Positions 8,150 through 14,120 of a stretch of DNA of 14,120 nt are shown here, in pieces. Origin of the DNA: an uncultured Desulfuromonadaceae bacterium (GTDB lineage Bacteria; SDB-A); the NCBI GenBank assembly GCA_965370235.1, contig CBDUTX010000019.1, positions 1-14,120 of the forward strand, read 5' to 3'. How positions within the stretch are numbered: the stretch's first letter is position 1; every line of letters starts with the position of its first letter. A program made the translations under genes and the position numbers. Below the pieces are notes generated by a model that saw nothing but the letters and a program-made list of their open reading frames with translations, was not told the DNA's origin and ran no database searches.

Positions 8150-9890
8150 AAAATTTGTTGTTGTCGTTGGGGGAGTAATAAGTGGTGTAGGAAAAGGAAT
8201 TGCTACTGCTTCAATTGCAAAAATACTAACAGAATACGGTTACAAAACTACTGCAATTAAAATCGATCCATACATAAACTGTGATGCAGGTACCCTAAGA
8301 CCTACGGAACATGGGGAAGTTTGGGTTACAAGTGATGGAGGAGAAATTGATCAGGATCTTGGAAATTATGAAAGATTCATAGGCGAAGAAATTCCAAAAA
8401 TAAATAATATTACAACAGGTCAAATTTACAAGAATATTATTGAAAAAGAAAGAAGGGGTGAATTTCTAGGAGAAACTGTTCAATTCATTCCTCACATACC
8501 CAACGAAATTGTCAGAAGAATAGTGTTAGCAAGTAAAGATTATGATATTGCAGTAATTGAGGTTGGCGGGACAATAGGTGATTATGAAAATATCCCCTAT
8601 CTTTTTGCCCTGAAGAGCATTGAAAGAAAACTTGGCAATAACAGTGTTGGATATGTTCTGATAACATTCCTCCCAATTCCCAATCATGTTGGCGAGATGA
8701 AGACAAAACCGACACAACAGGCGATCAAACTTCTGTCTCAACATGGTATTCTTCCTGATATAATTCTCTGCAGGGCAAAAAAAGAACTTGATCAAATCAG
8801 GAAGAAAAAAATTGAAATTTATGCAAATATTCCTGCAGATATGGTAATTTCAGCTCCGGATATATCTACAATATATAAAGTTCCATTGAATTTTGAAAAG
8901 GAAAATCTCGGAAAAAAAATATTAAAAATTTTGGATCTGAAACCTAAAAAACAATGTGACTGGACTCAATGGAATCAAAAGGTTTCTCAAATTATCAACC
9001 CTTCAAAAAAGATAGAAATTGGAATTGTCTGTAAATATATTGAAACAGGTTATTACTATCTTGAAGATTCTTACATATCAATTAAACAGGCGCTTGAACA
9101 TGCAGGAGCTGCTTTTAACTGCAAAGTGAAAATCAACTGGAAAAGTGCTAATTGTTATGAGGACAATCCAGGTGAAATAAATAATCTAACGGATTACGAC
9201 GGTATTATTGTTCCTGGCGGTTTCGGTTCATCCGGATTCGAAGGTAAAATAGCTGCCATAAAATCTGCAAGAAATAACGACATTCCATTTCTCGGACTAT
9301 GCCTTGGAATGCAGCTTGCAGTTGTTGAATTCGCCCGTAATGTTCTTCTTCTCGATGATGCAAATACTGTTGAAAATAATCCTGACACAAATAATCCAAT
9401 GGCAATATTACTTCCATCACAGATTGAAGTAATGGCAAATTCCAGATATGGTGCTTCGATGAGACTCGGTGCATATGTTGCTAATATTAAAAATAATTCG
9501 ATTGTCTATGAACTTTACAAAAAATTCGGAAGACTTGAAGAAGATACTGAAATGCTCAACAAATTAAAGGAAAATCCTAAAAATCAATTCAGAATTGGAA
9601 TAATTCCTGAAACGAAGGGTCTATCACAGGTTATTGAAAGACATAGACATAGATATGAAATTAACCCTGACTACATAGATGACCTGGAAAAAGCAGGTAT
9701 AATTTTTTCCGGATTTCACATACCCAAGGAATATCCTTCATTTTCACTAATGGAATTCATTGAACTTCCTTCTCATACTTTTTTTGTAGCAACTCAAGCA
9801 CATCCTGAATTCAAGTCAAGATTACATGATCCATCTCCTATCTTTTTAGGATTTGTTGAAGCATGTTTGAAAAAACACTATGAAAAATAA
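8142..9890 (+). CDS. pyrG: CTP synthase (glutamine-hydrolysing)
   Basis: The N-terminus is VVGGVISGVGKGIATASIAKIL...DPYINCDAGTLRPTEHGEVWVTSDGGEIDQDLGNYERF. The synthase domain contains KTKPTQ, and the GATase domain has GLCLGMQ plus ERHRHRYE. The protein is 582 aa. The ATG overlaps the kdsB TGA stop by 8 nt. Confidence 0.95.
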   Translation: MAEKFVVVVGGVISGVGKGIATASIAKILTEYGYKTTAIKIDPYINCDAGTLRPTEHGEVWVTSDGGEIDQDLGNYERFIGEEIPKINNITTGQIYKNIIEKERRGEFLGETVQFIPHIPNEIVRRIVLASKDYDIAVIEVGGTIGDYENIPYLFALKSIERKLGNNSVGYVLITFLPIPNHVGEMKTKPTQQAIKLLSQHGILPDIILCRAKKELDQIRKKKIEIYANIPADMVISAPDISTIYKVPLNFEKENLGKKILKILDLKPKKQCDWTQWNQKVSQIINPSKKIEIGIVCKYIETGYYYLEDSYISIKQALEHAGAAFNCKVKINWKSANCYEDNPGEINNLTDYDGIIVPGGFGSSGFEGKIAAIKSARNNDIPFLGLCLGMQLAVVEFARNVLLLDDANTVENNPDTNNPMAILLPSQIEVMANSRYGASMRLGAYVANIKNNSIVYELYKKFGRLEEDTEMLNKLKENPKNQFRIGIIPETKGLSQVIERHRHRYEINPDYIDDLEKAGIIFSGFHIPKEYPSFSLMEFIELPSHTFFVATQAHPEFKSRLHDPSPIFLGFVEACLKKHYEK

Positions 9891-10386
9891 ATATAAAAAT
9901 ATCAACACAGTAATTATTGATGTAGACGGAACTCTAACCGATGGAAGGATTGCAATTGGAGAAAATGGAGAAGAAATCAAATTCTTTTACGCAAAGGATG
10001 GACTTGGCATAAAATTACTTCAACATGCCGGACTCAATGTTGTCATCTGCTCAGGAAGAATATCAAAGGCAACAGAATTCCGTTGTAGAGAATTGAATAT
10101 AGATCAGATTTATCAGGGAATAACAGATAAAGGTAAATGGCTTGTAAATTATATGCAGGATAAAAACCTGAAAAAAGAAAATTTAGCTTATATCGGAGAT
10201 GACCTGTCTGACATACCAGCAATGAAAAATACAGCCTGGTCAGTCTCTGTTTCAGATGCTGCTGATAAAGTAAAACTAGTCTCGGATTTTACAACATTCA
10301 AAAAAGGTGGAAAAGGAGCTGTTAGAGAAGCAATTGAATTTTTGCTGAAGGAGAAAAAACTCTTGAACGATGACTCAGGAGAATAG
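9880..10386 (+). CDS. kdsC: KDO 8-phosphate phosphatase (HAD superfamily, KdsC-type)
   Basis: It has the HAD motif I IIDVDGTLTDG, the mid-region K.L...G..V.ICSGR, and the C-terminal GDDLSD...M. The size, 168 aa, is typical of KdsC. The gene overlaps pyrG by 11 nt. Confidence 0.78.
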   Translation: MKNKYKNINTVIIDVDGTLTDGRIAIGENGEEIKFFYAKDGLGIKLLQHAGLNVVICSGRISKATEFRCRELNIDQIYQGITDKGKWLVNYMQDKNLKKENLAYIGDDLSDIPAMKNTAWSVSVSDAADKVKLVSDFTTFKKGGKGAVREAIEFLLKEKKLLNDDSGE

Positions 10387-11350
10387 ATTGGATATATTAA
10401 AAATTGCTCGTAATGTTATTGATATAGAAGCAAACAGTGTTAAAAGCTGTCTTGAAATAATAGATATTACATTCCTTAAGATAGTTGAAAAGATATTAAA
10501 TACAAAAGGAAAAGTTATTGTCTCCGGAATTGGAAAATCAGGTTTGATTGGAAGAAAAATTGCAGCTACTCTTTCTTCGACAGGAACTCCATCTCTTTTT
10601 ATTCATGCATCAGAAGCTTTACATGGAGACATCGGAACTCTTCAAAACACAGATATCGTTTTATTGATCTCGAAAAGCGGAAATTCAGATGTTCTTCTGC
10701 AGCTTATTCCGGTTTTTAAAAAAATTGGCGTCTACATCATTCTTTTTACCGGTAATTCTAAAGCTCAACTTGCTGAAAATGCTGACATTGTTCTCAATAT
10801 AGGTGTCCATAAGGAAGCATGTCCATTAGATCTTGCTCCAACATCCAGTTCTATTGCCACACTTGCTCTTGGAGATGCTCTGGCAATTACACTTTCAACA
10901 ATAAAAAACTTCAAAGCAGAAGATTTTGCTCTCAGACATCCCGGAGGAACCCTTGGTCGAAGACTGCTTGACAGAGTAAAAGATCACATGCTCACTTCTT
11001 CGGAGAATGTACCTGTTGTCAAATCAGGTTCCGATATGAAAAATGTTATCATTGAGATGACAACAAAAAGAGGTATTACATCTGTAATTGACGAACAGGG
11101 TCTGGTTACAGGAGTGATAACTGATGGAGATTTGAGAAGAGCAATAAATGGTAAAGGAGATATTTTTAAATTAAAACCCGAAGATATTATGACATCAAAT
11201 CCAAAAATCACCCATCCTGATGAATTAGCTATTTCTGCTGTAAAAAAAATGGAAGATAACGGTATAACAGCTTTAATAGTGATAAGTAATGATAAAAGAC
11301 CAACAGGAATTATTCATCTTCACGACCTTATGAGAGCAGGTGTCATTTGA
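10370..11350 (+). CDS. kdsD: arabinose-5-phosphate isomerase (SIS domain plus tandem CBS; KdsD/KpsF-type)
   Basis: The SIS motif is GKVIVSGIGKSGLIGRKIAATLSSTGTPSLFIHASEALHGDIG. Two C-terminal CBS domains follow. The ATG at 10370 has no properly spaced SD. An in-frame TTG at 10388 has a perfect AGGAG with a 6-nt spacer and lies 1 nt after the kdsC stop, so the true start may be 10388. Confidence 0.82.
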   Translation: MTQENRLDILKIARNVIDIEANSVKSCLEIIDITFLKIVEKILNTKGKVIVSGIGKSGLIGRKIAATLSSTGTPSLFIHASEALHGDIGTLQNTDIVLLISKSGNSDVLLQLIPVFKKIGVYIILFTGNSKAQLAENADIVLNIGVHKEACPLDLAPTSSSIATLALGDALAITLSTIKNFKAEDFALRHPGGTLGRRLLDRVKDHMLTSSENVPVVKSGSDMKNVIIEMTTKRGITSVIDEQGLVTGVITDGDLRRAINGKGDIFKLKPEDIMTSNPKITHPDELAISAVKKMEDNGITALIVISNDKRPTGIIHLHDLMRAGVI

Positions 11351-11979
11351 GTTTTTCAGCAATATCTAAAATAATATTTTCTCTTTTTACTTCAATTTCA
11401 ATTATTCTTTCACATAATTATTTTGAACTTATGATAATTTGGCTAGTTATAACTATTTTTTATATATCATTAAATAATTTTAAACGGATATTAATTTCAT
11501 TCATTCTTTATTTGGTGAGTTATTTTCTTCTCAGGAATAATATTCTTCCAATCTCAATTTACAAATTATTTTCTCTTATATCTTTTTCATTAATAATGTC
11601 AGGTTTGATATTATTAGATGATATTTCTAATCTCCCTTTCTGGAAACACATTCCTCTTTCATTAGATTTTTTTCTTATCGGTCATTTGACATCAGCTTTT
11701 CTACCCCATCTTAAAAAAGATATTATCACTGCATGGAATTATCTTATCTCAAAATACAGTTTGAAAAAATCTAAGTTAAAATCTCTGAAAATGTTGTTAT
11801 TTGCATTGTTAATAAAAATTAGAGATAGAAAATCCGAACTTTCCATAACATTACTTTCCCGTGGGTATATTATACATGGAGAAAGAAAATTTTTATTTGA
11901 TGGTTGGAAATTCAAGCCGGAAGATGTTATCCCTCTGACATTAGGATTTGTATGTTTGTTTCAACTGAAAATTCTTTAA
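11347..11979 (+). CDS. small multi-pass membrane protein, possibly an ECF-transporter T component (EcfT/CbiQ-like)
   Basis: The ORF is 210 aa with a TTG start overlapping the kdsD TGA in a TTGA arrangement. It has five predicted hydrophobic helices. They are followed by a basic amphipathic region containing KIRDRK and LLSRGYIIHGERK, which resembles the Ala/Ser-Arg-Gly coupling-helix motifs of EcfT. A final hydrophobic segment ends the protein. Its position directly upstream of truA mirrors the ecfA-ecfA'-ecfT-truA arrangement of Firmicutes. The family assignment is tentative. Confidence 0.4.
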   Translation: MSFSAISKIIFSLFTSISIILSHNYFELMIIWLVITIFYISLNNFKRILISFILYLVSYFLLRNNILPISIYKLFSLISFSLIMSGLILLDDISNLPFWKHIPLSLDFFLIGHLTSAFLPHLKKDIITAWNYLISKYSLKKSKLKSLKMLLFALLIKIRDRKSELSITLLSRGYIIHGERKFLFDGWKFKPEDVIPLTLGFVCLFQLKIL

Positions 11980-12815
11980 GAAAAGTAAAAGCAGTAATTG
12001 AATATCTTGGTGTGAATTACTATGGATGGCAAATTCAAAATGATGTAAAAACAATACAGGATGAGTTACAGAAAGCTGTATCCAATGTCACCTCTCAATC
12101 GGTAAAAGTAATTTCTGCAGGCCGTACTGACAGAGGAGTCAATGCATTGGGACAGGTGATACATTTTAAAGTACCTTCCCGTTTTAAAAACTCTGTGTTG
12201 AAAAATGCGATAAATGCTCATCTGAACTTTGACATCCGAATACTTAAAATATCTAATGCAGAGCCCGAATTTGATTCAAGATGGCATGCAATTGAAAGAC
12301 AGTACATCTATAGAATTTGCTGTAGTGATCCAACTCCTTTTAAAAAGAATATGGTCTGGTTTACAAATTATAAGATTTCAATAAATAAAATGATTACTGC
12401 CTCAAAATATCTTCTCGGTTCTCATGATTTCACTTCTTTTGCTATTGCAAAAACTGAAAAAAAAAATAAAACAGTGAACTTTAAACAAATAATTATATTC
12501 AAAGATGATGATGAGATTGTATTCTTCTTCTCAGCCGACCACTTTCTTCATAAAATGGTGAGAAGTATTGTCGGGACACTTGTTGAGGTAGGCAGAGGAA
12601 AGATCGATCCTGTTAGCATCAAAGATATTTTAAACGGAAAAGACAGACGGCTTGCAGGTTATGCAGCACCTCCTGAAGGTCTTTATCTCTATAGAGTTCT
12701 CTATAAGGAAGATTTGATTTCACAATTTGAACTTGATGAAACAGAATATATAATAAAATCAATAAAAAAAATAGGTTCTAATAAATTTAAACATTTGCAA
12801 AATACCAAATTATAA
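11952..12815 (+). CDS. truA: tRNA pseudouridine(38-40) synthase
   Basis: It has the motifs IEYLGVNYYGWQIQ and SAGRTDRGVNALGQVIHF, which carry the TruA catalytic Asp context. The ATG at 11952 is preferred: AGGA lies 5 nt upstream and the N-terminal length is TruA-like. The ORF tool's start at 11904 is in frame and possible. The gene overlaps the preceding membrane-protein gene by 28 nt. Confidence 0.85.
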   Translation: MFVSTENSLRKVKAVIEYLGVNYYGWQIQNDVKTIQDELQKAVSNVTSQSVKVISAGRTDRGVNALGQVIHFKVPSRFKNSVLKNAINAHLNFDIRILKISNAEPEFDSRWHAIERQYIYRICCSDPTPFKKNMVWFTNYKISINKMITASKYLLGSHDFTSFAIAKTEKKNKTVNFKQIIIFKDDDEIVFFFSADHFLHKMVRSIVGTLVEVGRGKIDPVSIKDILNGKDRRLAGYAAPPEGLYLYRVLYKEDLISQFELDETEYIIKSIKKIGSNKFKHLQNTKL

Positions 12816-12829
12816 ATAAAATGTGAAAG

Positions 12830-14120
12830 ATGAATACTATAGATAGATATACACCGGAAGACATCAGAATAATATGGTCTTTGGAAAATAAATTTTCAAC
12901 ATGGTTGAAAGTTGAGCTCGCAGTATGCCATGTAAGAAATGAACTGGGTTTCATGTCGGATAAAGATATGAAGGTTATCGAAGAAAAAGCAGACTTCGAT
13001 ATCTCAAGGATTAAGGAAGTTGAACAGGAAGTACATCATGATGTTATCGCTTTTCTCACTTCAGTTGCCGAAAAGGTTGGTCCACCTTCAAGACATATTC
13101 ATTATGGGATGACATCATCCGACGTTCTAGATACTTCCACAGCTATCTTGTTACAGGACTCTGGCAAACTACTCGTAAAAGCAACAGAAGAGCTCCTCTA
13201 TTCTCTGAAAGAAAAATCAGAGAAATACAAGCATGATATAATGATCGGCAGAACTCACGGAGTTCATGCTGAACCGATTACCATAGGATTGAAGTTGCTT
13301 TCTTTTTATACAAATGTCAGAAGAGGACTAAAAAAGCTTCAATCTTCAATTGAAGACATCTCTTTTGGTAAAATTTCAGGTCCTGTTGGTGTCTATGGAG
13401 ATATAACTACTGAAATCGAGAAAATAGCGCTTGAAAGACTCAACTTGAAACCGGAACCTGTATCAACACAGATAATTCCAAGAGACAGACATTTGTCTTT
13501 TATTATGTCTCTTTCTTACCTGGCATTATCCTGTGAACGTATAGCTCTTCAGATAAGATTACTTCAACGAACAGAAACCAATGAATTTCTTGAGCCTTTT
13601 TCAAAAAAACAGAAAGGCTCCTCTGCAATGCCACATAAGAGAAACCCTATAATATGTGAGAGAATTTGCGGATTATCCCGACTTTTTAGAGGTTATATTA
13701 CCGGAGCAATGGATAATACTGTTCTATGGGATGAAAGAGACATAAGTCATTCTTCTGTCGAAAGAATTATCTTTCCCGAATCAACAACTTTGCTTCTTTA
13801 CATGATCAGGAAAACCAACCATGTAATAAAAAACATAAGTGTCAATATCGATTCCATTAAAAAGAATCTGGATTATTCGGGAGAAAGATACTTTTCCGGG
13901 AAAATATTGCTTGCTCTCTGCGATGCTGGAATGGAAAGAGACAAAGCATATAAAATAGTTCAGGATATTGCATTAGATGCTCAGGATAATAATAAAGGTC
14001 TATTAAAAATAATTTTTGAAAATGACAAATTAACAAAAATATTAGGAAAGATGAAATTAAATGAATTGAAATCAGGAACTTTATTAAAAGAAAATATTGA
14101 TTTAATTTTTAAAAGAGTTC
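12830..14120 (+). CDS. purB: adenylosuccinate lyase, running off the right edge (at least 430 codons, no stop in window)
   Basis: The translation from the ATG at 12830 reads MNTIDRYTPEDIRIIWSLENKFSTWLKVELAV. Later motifs in the same frame are MIGRTHGVHAEPITIG, the fumarate-lyase signature GSSAMPHKRNP, and LWDERDISHSSVERI. This gene is absent from the supplied ORF track only because no stop codon falls inside the window. Confidence 0.9.
   Translation, partial: MNTIDRYTPEDIRIIWSLENKFSTWLKVELAVCHVRNELGFMSDKDMKVIEEKADFDISRIKEVEQEVHHDVIAFLTSVAEKVGPPSRHIHYGMTSSDVLDTSTAILLQDSGKLLVKATEELLYSLKEKSEKYKHDIMIGRTHGVHAEPITIGLKLLSFYTNVRRGLKKLQSSIEDISFGKISGPVGVYGDITTEIEKIALERLNLKPEPVSTQIIPRDRHLSFIMSLSYLALSCERIALQIRLLQRTETNEFLEPFSKKQKGSSAMPHKRNPIICERICGLSRLFRGYITGAMDNTVLWDERDISHSSVERIIFPESTTLLLYMIRKTNHVIKNISVNIDSIKKNLDYSGERYFSGKILLALCDAGMERDKAYKIVQDIALDAQDNNKGLLKIIFENDKLTKILGKMKLNELKSGTLLKENIDLIFKRV

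Noticed and set aside
8512-9474. Several 64-89-aa minus-strand ORFs inside pyrG
   Set aside because: They are antisense to a strongly supported CTP synthase gene. They have no start context and no recognisable motifs.
11904-11951. Longer truA N-terminus (MEIQAGRCYPSDIRIC)
   Set aside because: It would overlap the upstream gene by 76 nt and adds residues not seen in TruA N-termini. The ATG at 11952 has an AGGA SD at proper spacing.
1-14120. Search for mobile elements, a CRISPR array, toxin-antitoxin pairs or defence islands
   Set aside because: I saw no inverted or direct repeats of an insertion sequence, no integrase or transposase motifs, and no spacer-repeat periodicity. Every sizeable ORF is accounted for by a housekeeping family, except the 140-aa acidic ORF and the small membrane protein.

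Overview
This is a low-GC (about 30% by eye) bacterial chromosomal segment made up almost entirely of core housekeeping genes. I found no mobile element, CRISPR array, tRNA or rRNA, and nothing that looks like a horizontally acquired island. The minus strand at the left end carries the 5' 361 codons of DNA topoisomerase I (topA). It is preceded by, and translationally overlapped with, a small acidic 140-aa hypothetical ORF. A 252-bp AT-rich divergent promoter region follows. After it come a lone membrane-anchored SPFH/band-7 protein on the plus strand and a convergent MBL-fold (HxHxDH) metallo-hydrolase on the minus strand. From 3553 to the window end (about 10.5 kb) the plus strand is an almost uninterrupted, heavily overlapping gene array: cmk, plsC, ispH, rpsA, kdsB, pyrG, kdsC, kdsD, a small EcfT/CbiQ-like membrane protein, truA, and purB, which runs off the window. 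The KDO (LPS inner-core) genes imply a diderm organism, while the cmk-plsC-ispH-rpsA and ecfT-truA synteny is Firmicutes/Fusobacteria-like. I do not see convincing evidence for a new defence or accessory system. The most unusual points are listed under findings. They are a CTP/KDO gene cluster with pyrG embedded in it, a roughly 33-aa insertion in the PyrG glutaminase domain, an orphan ecfT-like gene, an uncharacterised acidic protein coupled to topA, a candidate back-to-back promoter arrangement, and frequent TTG/GTG starts. All assignments rest on motif-level reading of the supplied translations, not on database searches.
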